Origin: Pseudomonadota bacterium
Lineage (GTDB): Bacteria; Bdellovibrionota_B; Oligoflexia; Oligoflexales; CAIYRB01
Direction of reading: 5' to 3'
Assembly: GCA_031416315.1 (NCBI GenBank)
Contig: JANOTL010000072.1
Coordinates: forward strand, 1 to 29,846
Length of the DNA: 29,846 nt
A program made the position numbers and the translations under genes. This document shows, piece after piece, positions 9,669 through 17,994 of the stretch. A model generated the notes under the pieces. That model ran no database searches. It was not told where the DNA came from and saw only the letters and a program-made list of their open reading frames with translations. The first letter of the stretch is position 1, and the number at the start of each line of letters is the position of its first letter.

Positions 9669-9942
9669 AGGATCCGCATCCTTTCTTCTCCTCGAAGGAT
9701 TCCGGCGTCCAGGTGCCGAACTCTTCGTTGATCCGGCCGAGGGCGTCCTCGAGGTAGTCATATTCGAAGGCGAAAAGCTCTTTCATGAGCTTCTTCTCGA
9801 GGCAATAAGCGTTGTAGGTGTAGCGGTCTTCCTCGGGGTCGTAGACCTCGGAGACGCCGGCCTGGCGATCGCGGAAAACGAGCACGGTGTGGCCGTAGTT
9901 TTCTTCGTCGAGGAGCTTGGGATTGGCTTGGGAATTCATCAT
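9652..9942 (-). CDS. Small hypothetical protein with a C-terminal CxxC (KKGCGSCVAKK)
   Basis: Globular, acidic, non-shadow composition. Fills the gap directly downstream of ispA. Confidence 0.75.
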   Translation of the reverse strand: MMNSQANPKLLDEENYGHTVLVFRDRQAGVSEVYDPEEDRYTYNAYCLEKKLMKELFAFEYDYLEDALGRINEEFGTWTPESFEEKKGCGSCVAKK

Positions 9943-9959
9943 CGCAAGAGCCTACCACA

Positions 9960-10829
9960 TCAAGAGTTACGAGCCAGCAGCAGCCGCGCGAACACCACGA
10001 GCGGCTCGGCGCGACACTCCGGAAATGCCAGCTCCGCCAGCGCTTTTTCCGTGACGCGGTCGGCCTCTGCCGCCGCCTCCGCAGGGCTCATCAATGCGAG
10101 GTACGTGAGCTTGCCCGAGGCTCGGTCCTTACCCGACGATTTCCCGGTGCCGCGCGCTTCGTCGAGAAGGTCGTCCTTGATTTGAAAGGCGAGGCCGATG
10201 CCCTCGCCGAAGCGGCGCAAACGCTCGACCGAGCTCGCGTTGGCGCGCGCCGACAGGGCGCCGAGCGCGGCCGCGGCGCCGAGGAGACGGCCGGTTTTCA
10301 GCAAATGGATCGTATCGAGATCGCCGCGCTGCGCGCCGTGGCGCGCCGTCCAGTAGAGGTCGAGCGCCTGACCACGAACCATGCCGCCGCCACCGGCCGC
10401 GCGCGCGAGGTCGGCGACCATCGCGGCGCGCGTCTTCGCGTCCGCCCGGTGCTCTTCGGCGGCGAGAAGCGCGAAAGCGTCGGTGAGCAGCGCGTCGCCG
10501 GCGAGCAGCGCGGAGGCTTCGCCGAAGCGCTTGTGCGCGGTCGGCTTCCCGCGGCGCAGGTCGTCGTCATCCATGCACGGTAGGTCGTCGTGAACCAGGC
10601 TGTATGTGTGGACGAACTCGACCGCTGCCGCTGCCGTCAGCGCATTTTCCGCGGTGCCGCCGAGCGCCTCGGCGGCGAGCATGCTGAGGATCGGGCGCAC
10701 GCGCTTGCCGCCGTTGGAGAGGACGTAGCGGACGGCCGGGCCGACGCCGGCGTCGCCGTGATAGTCGCGCGCAGCGATTTCGCCGAGATGCGTCTCGAAG
10801 CGCTCGAAGTGCGGTGAGAACGGCGTCAT
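9960..10829 (-). CDS. ispA: Polyprenyl (farnesyl/geranylgeranyl) diphosphate synthase
   Basis: GGKRVRP, FARM HDDLPCMDDDDLRRGKPT, GQALD, LKTG, SARM FQIKDDLLD, GKLTY. The ATG at 10829 overlaps the purN stop. Confidence 0.93.
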   Translation of the reverse strand: MTPFSPHFERFETHLGEIAARDYHGDAGVGPAVRYVLSNGGKRVRPILSMLAAEALGGTAENALTAAAAVEFVHTYSLVHDDLPCMDDDDLRRGKPTAHKRFGEASALLAGDALLTDAFALLAAEEHRADAKTRAAMVADLARAAGGGGMVRGQALDLYWTARHGAQRGDLDTIHLLKTGRLLGAAAALGALSARANASSVERLRRFGEGIGLAFQIKDDLLDEARGTGKSSGKDRASGKLTYLALMSPAEAAAEADRVTEKALAELAFPECRAEPLVVFARLLLARNS

Positions 10830-11413
10830 AGCAGGTCTCCGCGGATGAGGCGGTCGAGCGTCGCGGGATAAAGCTCGCATTCGGCGGCGAAGACTCGCGC
10901 GCCGAGCGAATGCGAGTCGTCGCCCGGGAGGACCGGGACACGCGCCTGCGCGATCACGGCGCCCTCGTCGTAACGCTCGGTGACGTAGTGCACGGAAGCG
11001 CCCGTCTCCGCGACGCCGCTCTTCAGCACCGCGGCGTGGACGCGCTCGCCGTACATTCCAGGGCCGCCGAACGCGGGCAGCAATGCGGGGTGGATGTTGA
11101 CGATGCGGTTCACGTAGGCGGGATCGATCGGCCATGGCTTCAGAAATCCAGCCAAAGCGATCCATTGCACGCCGTGGTCAGACAGAAACGCGGTCAGCCG
11201 AGCTTGCAGATCGGGCGCGCGTGAAGAGGAGAAATCATCAATAAACACAGGTATTTGAGCTTTAGCCGCGAGCGCCGCGCCGCGGCAGTCCGGGCGCGAG
11301 GCGACGACCGCCGCGACTCGGTAACGCTCGCCGCCGGCTCGCTCGCGCCGCAGGAAGTTCTCCAGCGAGCGGCCGCCGCCGGAGACTGCGACGGCGATGG
11401 GCGCCACGATCAT
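10826..11413 (-). CDS. purN: Phosphoribosylglycinamide formyltransferase
   Basis: SGGGRSL, LAGFLK, NIHPALLPAFGG.GMYG..VH, GASVHYV..YDEG.VIAQ. The ATG at 11413 forms an ATGA overlap with the fmt stop. Confidence 0.92.
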   Translation of the reverse strand: MIVAPIAVAVSGGGRSLENFLRRERAGGERYRVAAVVASRPDCRGAALAAKAQIPVFIDDFSSSRAPDLQARLTAFLSDHGVQWIALAGFLKPWPIDPAYVNRIVNIHPALLPAFGGPGMYGERVHAAVLKSGVAETGASVHYVTERYDEGAVIAQARVPVLPGDDSHSLGARVFAAECELYPATLDRLIRGDLL

Positions 11414-12375
11414 GACGGGTTCTCCGTCGCCGAGAACGTGACGGCGCCTTTGTCCTTCAGCCCGTTCCAGAACGCGGCGGCGTCGATCTCCTTGCCGCCG
11501 GCCGGCTTCAGGCGCGTGATCAGCACGGGCTCGTCGCCGGTGCCGACGCGCAAGGCGGCGGCGGCCTTGTCGAATTGCACCGCGCCCGGCGCGGTCGCGG
11601 CGCGCGACGCGGCCTCGCGGCGCATGGCGGTGACCGCGATGCGGCGGCCGGCGTGGAACGTGTAGGAGCCGGGCCAAGGCTCGAAGGCGCGAAAGCGGCT
11701 CACGAGAGTCGCGCCCGGCTTCGTCCAGTCGAGGAGGCCGTCTTCCTTCTTGATCTTCTTGCAGTGGGTGACGCCCGCCTCGTCTTGCGGCGTGCCCTTG
11801 AAATCAGGGTCGGCGAGTCTTTCCAGAGCGGGGAAAAGCATGACGCCGCCTAGAGCGAAACCCTTGTCGGTGAGCGTCGCGGTGGTGTCTCCTTCGGCGA
11901 TGGCCAGCTCTTCCTGCGCGATGAGATGGCCCGCGTCGAGCTTCTGCACCGTGAAGAGGATGGAGACGCCGGTTTCCGTCAGGCCGTCGAGGAGGGCCGC
12001 GGGCACGGGGATCGCGCCGCGGTAGCGCGGCAGGAGCGACGGATGCACGTTGATCGTGGCGCGCTTCGGGATGGCGAGGAACTCGTTGGTCAGGATCTGT
12101 CCGTACGCCGCCGTGATGGCGACGTCGGGCGCGAGGTCGCGGAAGGCCGCAAGGAAGCCGGCCTCGCCGGCTTTCACGGGCTGAAGCGTCAGAATGCCGC
12201 GCGCTTTCGCCCAGGCCGCGACGGGCGGGTCGGTGAGCTCACCCCGGCGGCCGACGGGTTTCGCCGGCTGGCTCACGACGGCGACGAGCTCGTGGCCGTG
12301 CTCGGCCGCGTCGGCGTGGAGTCGGGCGAGCGGGGCAATGACGGACGCGGGCGAGCCGAGGAAAATGAGGCGCAT
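11410..12375 (-). CDS. fmt: Methionyl-tRNA formyltransferase
   Basis: MRLIFLGSP, VVSQPAKPVGR, AAYGQIL, INVHPSLLPRYRGAIP, LDAG, KIKKEDG.LDW, RAFEPWPG. Confidence 0.95.
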   Translation of the reverse strand: MRLIFLGSPASVIAPLARLHADAAEHGHELVAVVSQPAKPVGRRGELTDPPVAAWAKARGILTLQPVKAGEAGFLAAFRDLAPDVAITAAYGQILTNEFLAIPKRATINVHPSLLPRYRGAIPVPAALLDGLTETGVSILFTVQKLDAGHLIAQEELAIAEGDTTATLTDKGFALGGVMLFPALERLADPDFKGTPQDEAGVTHCKKIKKEDGLLDWTKPGATLVSRFRAFEPWPGSYTFHAGRRIAVTAMRREAASRAATAPGAVQFDKAAAALRVGTGDEPVLITRLKPAGGKEIDAAAFWNGLKDKGAVTFSATENPS

Positions 12376-12393
12376 CCCGCGGTTCTAGCAAGC

Positions 12394-13632
12394 CTATTCG
12401 CGAGTGTCGAGGTCGGGAGTGGGACCGACGGCGAGAACGCCGTAGCCGCGCCAGCGGCTCAGGAAGTCCTCGAAATCGTCGAGATCTTTCTGCTTCGCGA
12501 AGGCGCGGCGCGCGACGCGCAAGGGACGAGGCGTCAAAAATGCGGCGAGCGCCGCGGCCTCGCCCGGGAGGAGGTCCAGATCCCAGACGGCGGCGGGCTC
12601 GCCCTCGGGACCCTCCTGCGCCCGGAAGAACACGCGATCGCCGACGATCGTGACGCCTTCGGCGAGCGCGACGAGCGTCTTCGGCGGCGGCATGCCACGG
12701 AGATCGTCGACGGCCTCGCGCAGGAGCTCGGCGTATTCCGACAGTGGCACGGGCGCCGTCACCTCGGCGTCGAGCGCCAAGCGGTCGCGTGCGTCGATCG
12801 CGGCCTGCAGGTCGGCCGGCGCGCCGTGGATCTCCGCCGCCTCGAAGCGCGCCGGGCGCTGGATCGTGGTCTGCTCGACGAGGTGGCGCAGATCGTCGCG
12901 GTTGGCGCTCACGGCGCGCGCCGTAGCACGGAGGAGCTCCTCCTCATGGCCGTAGGCGTCACCCCAGAGAAGCTTCAGCGCGGCGTCGGACCAGCAGTCG
13001 TCGCGAGCGCCGTTGGCGGCGTCGAGGTCGTCGGCGAGCCCGTCGAAGCGGGCGAAATACGCGGGAACGTCGAAGCCGGCGGCGCTCAAGGCCCACTGCG
13101 CCAGGGCGGACTCGGCGCCGGAGACATATTCGAGCAAGACCTCCCAGAGACGCGAGCCTTGGGCGCCGTGGTCGAACAAACAGAAGTAAGTCGAGCAGAC
13201 GCTGTTGCGGAAGGCGTGCACGCGGCAGAAGCCGTTGCTCGTGTCGAGCAACGGGCAGAGGACGTGGTCGTCTTTGCCGTAGGCGTCGTCCCGCTCCTGA
13301 CGCAGGATCGCGAGCCATTTGGCCGGGGAGCGCTCGGTGCCTTCGGGGAGGACGAAGGCTTGCGCGACGAGGTCGCGGACCGCCTTCGTGGCGACCTCAC
13401 GGCCGCTTTCCAGGGCGAGGCCCAGGAGGAAATTTGGGATGCGCGGATGGTAGGTGCAGCAACGGTAGTCGGCGCGGAAGCCGTCGCTCGCGATTTTCGG
13501 GCAGGCGCCGCAGGACGCGCGGCGCTCGCTCGGCAGGCGCAGCGCGAGGAGGTCGTCGGGCAGGAGATAGCGCCAGACTCCGGGGACGAATTGGCCGCCG
13601 AGCTGGAGGGGTTCGTGGATGGGATCGCTCAT
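12394..13632 (-). CDS. Cysteine-cluster protein (YkgJ/CxxCxxCC-like zinc/iron-chelating domain) with extension
   Basis: CGAC...CCTYHP...CPLL..CRVH..RNSVCSTYFC pattern. Confidence 0.7.
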   Translation of the reverse strand: MSDPIHEPLQLGGQFVPGVWRYLLPDDLLALRLPSERRASCGACPKIASDGFRADYRCCTYHPRIPNFLLGLALESGREVATKAVRDLVAQAFVLPEGTERSPAKWLAILRQERDDAYGKDDHVLCPLLDTSNGFCRVHAFRNSVCSTYFCLFDHGAQGSRLWEVLLEYVSGAESALAQWALSAAGFDVPAYFARFDGLADDLDAANGARDDCWSDAALKLLWGDAYGHEEELLRATARAVSANRDDLRHLVEQTTIQRPARFEAAEIHGAPADLQAAIDARDRLALDAEVTAPVPLSEYAELLREAVDDLRGMPPPKTLVALAEGVTIVGDRVFFRAQEGPEGEPAAVWDLDLLPGEAAALAAFLTPRPLRVARRAFAKQKDLDDFEDFLSRWRGYGVLAVGPTPDLDTRE

Positions 13633-13759
13633 CAGGCGAAGATATGGCGACCGAATCGTCTACGTCTACCTATTCGTAGACGTGTGCTTATCGCTTGTGC
13701 GTGATCTCTCACGTGGGGCTTAGCCCGTTTACGGAGACGTGAGCGGCTACGGCTCGAGA

Positions 13760-16078
13760 TCAGGAAGCCGGGACGTCCATCGTTTCGAGCCGCTTTTTCG
13801 CGCGACAGAGCGCGTGAAGTTGATGCAGGAGGACCTCGATCTCGATCTCGCTCAAATTCTTGATCAGGATCCCGTGCAGGAACTCGTTGCCGAGCGGACG
13901 GCCCCAGCGGATCTCGCCGTGGATGGAGCCGATCTGGATGTGGTGGCCGGTGCGCTGGTTCTCGAACATGAAGGTCGACTGGAAGCCGCGGGCCAAATAG
14001 CTCGGCATCAGCAGCGAAAAACCGCTCTTCGAGTAGTTGACGATGCGGCCCACGCCGTATTCCGTGGTGATCTCGATGGTGACGTGGTCGGGCACCTGCC
14101 AGCGCTGGTCCATGCGGTTCATGCCGATCGACTTGTTGAAGACGCTCTGCGCCTCCATCAAAAACTTATGTGGGTCGTCGGTCGGGATCAGCTCGTACAC
14201 CTCGAAGCTCTCGCGGTGGTGCTTGATCTGGATCAGGCGCTTTTTGATCAATTCTTGACGGAAGGCGAGGTTGGTCGCGAGGGCGTAGGTGGTGCCGCTG
14301 ATCATGACCCGGTAGGGCTCGCAAGAGGCCTCGAGCCTTTGGCTGAAGTTCACGCCATGGCCGATCACGGTGTAGTCGAGGCGCCGGCCGTCCCCGAGGT
14401 CGCCCAGGAACACGCCGGCGGTGTTGATGCCAATCCGGAGCGGGAAGACCGGCTTGTCGCCGCCTTGCGACGCAAGTGTGAGCTCGATCGACTCTTGCTG
14501 GATCGAGAGGGCGCAGCTGATCGCCTGCTCGGCGTGGTTCATTTTCGCCATCACGTCGCCGCGGCCTTGGCTATAGCCGAAGTAGCACAGAAGTCCGTCG
14601 CCCAAGGTGCGGTCGACGAAGCCGTCGAACTCGTGAACCTTGCGGGTGATGCGCCCGATCGCTTCCTTGAGGTCGCCGAACACCTGCTGCGGCGTCTTCG
14701 TCTCGGCCACCGTCGAGAAGCCGACGATGTCGATGAACATCAGCGTCAACACCTTCTCCGAGGGCTCGAAGCGGACGAGGGCCGGATTGGCGATGATCTC
14801 GGCCAGGCGAGCCTCGGGGACGAGACCGCTGAGCGCCTCGCGCGCGCGGCGAGCGGTCTTCTCGTGGCGACGGCTCTTGTAGAGGTAGGTGCCGCCGCAC
14901 GTGAGGTTGAAGATCCCGACGACGAAGAGCCAGTCGCTGACGATGCCGAACTTGACGAATAAGCCGAGTCCCACGGCGGCGAGCGCGGCGGAGCCGAAAA
15001 CGATGAGCGCGCCGAAGCGGATCGCCGAGAGCGACAGGCCGAGGAAGCCCGCGATCAGGGCGACGACGAGGAGCCCGCCGATGCCCGCGTCGACGTAGCG
15101 GAAGTAGTTCTTCGTCATCGTGCTGTTCACGACCGACGTCAGGAGGAGGCCGCCGGCGAGCTCCCCGGCCGGCGTGTCCTTGAAGTCGGTGTTGCCGGTG
15201 TACATCTGCGGGAGAATGACGACGACGTCGCCCTTCTCGATCACTTGCAAAGACTTCCCCTTGCGCGCGAGCGCGATGAACGCTTTGAGCGAGAAGTTCT
15301 TCAGCTTGTCGAAGTCGGCGAGGTTGATGAGCAGGCGATGCTCGCGGTCGAGCGGGATCTTGACGTCGTCGGCGAAGAGGCCGTTCTCGCGCGCCTCGAC
15401 CTTGTCAGCGACGAGGAGGCCGGAGTAAGCGACGGCGCCGCCGTTGCCCAGATTCAAGACGGGCTCGACGTAGTTGTTGCCCGCGTAAGTGATGTGACCC
15501 ACCTGGGCAAAGTGCTGGACGAGGCCGGCCTCTGGGCCGTAGTAACGCCGCTCCGGCTTCTCTTTGAGCCAATCGGCGCCGGCGATCCGGACTTTGGACG
15601 ACCGCAACGGCATGGGCTCGCGGCCTTTGATGTCGTTCGGAGTGTGGAACGATCCGGCAATCACCGGGGCGCCCGATTGCAGCACGTCGCGGAGCATGTC
15701 GACCGCGAGCGGCTCCTTCGGGGCGAGGCCGAAGATCTTGTCGATGACGATGTGGGAAGCGCCGGCGTCGGTGATCGCCTTGATCAGGATGGCCCAGTCT
15801 TCTCGGGAAAGATCGCTGTCGCGATACCACGAGAAGGTTTGGTCGTCGAAAGAAAGGACCTTGAGGCGCGGGGAGGGGATGGGGGCGCCGCCCACACGCT
15901 TGCGGGCGTAGAACTCCAGATACCGCGACGAGTAGTTCTCGATCGAAGACCGAATTGAGGACTGATGCACAAGACAAACCGCGATCCACGCGGCGAGCAC
16001 GAAAGCGAGCGGGCGGCTCGCTTCCCGCAACCGCTCCAGAAGGGAGGTCGGATCTTTGTGGATTTTTACCTTCTTCAT
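13760..16078 (-). CDS. CHASE2-TM-class III nucleotide cyclase with a C-terminal PilZ domain
   Basis: N-terminal TM. CHASE2-like motifs (DDQTF, GASHIVIDKIF, TPAGELAG) followed by 3 TM. Cyclase motifs FIDIVGFS, LGDG, LRIGINT, DYTVIG..VNFSQRLE. PilZ motifs RMDQR and NYSKSG. Confidence 0.9.
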   Translation of the reverse strand: MKKVKIHKDPTSLLERLREASRPLAFVLAAWIAVCLVHQSSIRSSIENYSSRYLEFYARKRVGGAPIPSPRLKVLSFDDQTFSWYRDSDLSREDWAILIKAITDAGASHIVIDKIFGLAPKEPLAVDMLRDVLQSGAPVIAGSFHTPNDIKGREPMPLRSSKVRIAGADWLKEKPERRYYGPEAGLVQHFAQVGHITYAGNNYVEPVLNLGNGGAVAYSGLLVADKVEARENGLFADDVKIPLDREHRLLINLADFDKLKNFSLKAFIALARKGKSLQVIEKGDVVVILPQMYTGNTDFKDTPAGELAGGLLLTSVVNSTMTKNYFRYVDAGIGGLLVVALIAGFLGLSLSAIRFGALIVFGSAALAAVGLGLFVKFGIVSDWLFVVGIFNLTCGGTYLYKSRRHEKTARRAREALSGLVPEARLAEIIANPALVRFEPSEKVLTLMFIDIVGFSTVAETKTPQQVFGDLKEAIGRITRKVHEFDGFVDRTLGDGLLCYFGYSQGRGDVMAKMNHAEQAISCALSIQQESIELTLASQGGDKPVFPLRIGINTAGVFLGDLGDGRRLDYTVIGHGVNFSQRLEASCEPYRVMISGTTYALATNLAFRQELIKKRLIQIKHHRESFEVYELIPTDDPHKFLMEAQSVFNKSIGMNRMDQRWQVPDHVTIEITTEYGVGRIVNYSKSGFSLLMPSYLARGFQSTFMFENQRTGHHIQIGSIHGEIRWGRPLGNEFLHGILIKNLSEIEIEVLLHQLHALCRAKKRLETMDVPAS

Positions 16079-16150
16079 CGCCCACGTCTTCGGCAGGCGC
16101 GGCGCGCGAATTGACCGGTGTCGCTGGAAAAACCGGCTAAATCAGACGGA

Positions 16151-17428
16151 TTAGGGAAGGACGGCGGTAGCTTGCGCCTCGAGGCCCTCGATCGCGAGCT
16201 TGCCCATCGCGTTGACTCCCAGGCTCGGGACGAGGAAGAGGCGCGTCGGGAACGGCAAGCTCGTCGCGTCCAGATAGGCGCGGCGGAGCGCGGCGTATTC
16301 CAGCGTTTCGGCCTCGACGAAAGCGATGAGGTCGCCGCCTTTCGCGGCTGCCGCGTCCTCGCGGAAGCGGCATCGTACCTTCGCGCCGGTCACGCGCTCG
16401 AGCGCGCTCTCGATCTCCGCCAGGGCATAGCGCTTGGCGCCATGCTTGAAGATGCGGTCGGTGCGACCGCGGTGCACGACCGAGCGCGGCGCCGGGCCCG
16501 GCTCGAAGGCATCGGCCACGCCGACCCAGTAAGCTTCGGGATCGGCATAGGGGGAGGATAGGCGCATCGCGGCGCAGTCGAGCTCGACCGCGTCGAAGAG
16601 GGAAAAGCAGTGTGGCGAGTCGACGCCGACGCGGCGCCAGCCGATGCCGCCGGTCTCCGTGCTGCCGAGAACGTCGAAAAGTTGCAGCGGCAGGTCGCGC
16701 TCGGCTTTCAGCGCCAAAAACTCGGCTTCCCGCGTGGCATCCCACGGCGCGCCGGAGGAGATCGCGAGCTTCGGCGAGGCGCCCGCGCGCAGCGCTTGCG
16801 CCAACATCGGCCACAACGAAGGCACGACGAGCACGAGATCCGCGTCGGCGACGAGCGCGGTCTCCAGGCCGTGATGCACGTCGGCGCCGACCGCGATCGG
16901 CAGGAGGAAGGAGTAGAGGAAGCCGTAGATGTGGACCGGCGGCACGAACGAGAGGACGAGCGCGCCCGACTCGAGGCGCGTCAGCTGCTGCAGGAAGGAG
17001 ACCTCCGCCGCGAGCTGGGACCAGCACTTCTCGATGATCTCTCCTTCGCCGGTCGACCCGGAGGTGGCGAAAGCGATGCGGCTCGGAGCGAAGCGCGAGA
17101 CGAACGCGTAGGGCGTGTCGGGGAGGCCTAAGAGTGCGGCGCGCGAGAGTGCCGGCGCCGGATGCGCTTGGCGATGATGCGGCTGGCTGCCGAGGATCGG
17201 CATCAGGCCGGCGGTGAGCGCGGCGACGGTCGTGAGCAGCGCGTCGAGGGGCTCGTGATCGGTGACGAAGGCGGCGCCGGAGACGAAGGCTTTGGCGGGA
17301 ATGCGGCGGGCCAGGGACTCCGCCTCGTCGAGGAAGGCAGTGAACGGGAGGCGCGTCTTGCCGACGAAGGCGGCGTCGGGATGACGGCGCATCGCTTCGG
17401 CCCAGGCTCTCCACACCGTCAGCGACAC
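16151..17428 (-). CDS. AMP-dependent acyl-CoA/acyl-ACP ligase (ApeH/XanA2-like starter loading)
   Basis: TSGSTG P-loop, VPPVHIYGFL, GSTETGGIGWR, GRTDRIFK, terminal MGK. Confidence 0.85.
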   Translation of the reverse strand: MSLTVWRAWAEAMRRHPDAAFVGKTRLPFTAFLDEAESLARRIPAKAFVSGAAFVTDHEPLDALLTTVAALTAGLMPILGSQPHHRQAHPAPALSRAALLGLPDTPYAFVSRFAPSRIAFATSGSTGEGEIIEKCWSQLAAEVSFLQQLTRLESGALVLSFVPPVHIYGFLYSFLLPIAVGADVHHGLETALVADADLVLVVPSLWPMLAQALRAGASPKLAISSGAPWDATREAEFLALKAERDLPLQLFDVLGSTETGGIGWRRVGVDSPHCFSLFDAVELDCAAMRLSSPYADPEAYWVGVADAFEPGPAPRSVVHRGRTDRIFKHGAKRYALAEIESALERVTGAKVRCRFREDAAAAKGGDLIAFVEAETLEYAALRRAYLDATSLPFPTRLFLVPSLGVNAMGKLAIEGLEAQATAVLP

Positions 17429-17994
17429 TCCAGCTCCTTCGTCTCGATCAGGATGAGCGGCAAGACCTGCTCGGATCCCGGGGAGTCGCCGGCGCGGAAG
17501 CGGAGCTCGATGGTCTCCGGGAACACGCAGCCTGCGAAACTCTTCGCGTCTCTCAACCGGTAGACGACGCCATCCGTCGTCAGGCTCTTGCCCGAAGGAT
17601 CTTCCGGATCGGGGGGGAGCTTGGGGGCATTGTAGAGCGCCACGATGGCATCGAGAACCATTTTCGGCTGAAAAGGCAGCCGCTCTTTCTCGACGAAGTA
17701 ACGGGCGCGGCTTTCCTCGGGCCCGAAGTTGCGCAGCTCCAAAAGCGGCGTTTGAAATGCAGGATGTAGGAACGTGACGCGGTACTCGCCTCGTTCACGC
17801 CGCAGGCTGGCGACAACCGTGCGCCGCTCGCCCTTCCAGTCGACCTGGAGCGACTGCAAGGCCGTGAATTTCGGCGGGAAGACGGTGAAAACCGGACCAA
17901 GGCCCAGGGGCTCCTCGGCGCCGCGGCTGAAAAGCGAGCAGGCGCTCGCGAACGGCAGCGTGAGGAGAAGAATCAGGATGCGTCTGAGGCTCAT
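17419..17994 (-). CDS. Lipoprotein, DUF3261-like (ape cluster accessory)
   Basis: Lipobox FASAC. The QSLQV...LPFQPK.VL pattern and the position after the MMPL gene fit DUF3261. Confidence 0.65.
   Translation of the reverse strand: MSLRRILILLLTLPFASACSLFSRGAEEPLGLGPVFTVFPPKFTALQSLQVDWKGERRTVVASLRRERGEYRVTFLHPAFQTPLLELRNFGPEESRARYFVEKERLPFQPKMVLDAIVALYNAPKLPPDPEDPSGKSLTTDGVVYRLRDAKSFAGCVFPETIELRFRAGDSPGSEQVLPLILIETKELECR

Noticed and set aside
10830..11165. N-terminal extensions of ispA (and likewise of purN to 11677, the thioesterase to 21378 and the secreted protein to 9761)
   Set aside because: They overlap upstream genes in another frame. Coupled starts at or near the upstream stop codons fit better.
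11926..13704. 592-aa plus-strand ORF and other long antisense ORFs (756-1622, 13739-14962, 19494-20510, 22561-23520, 24509-25540, 26303-27403)
   Set aside because: These are shadow frames opposite well-supported genes. They are expected at high GC and show no motifs.
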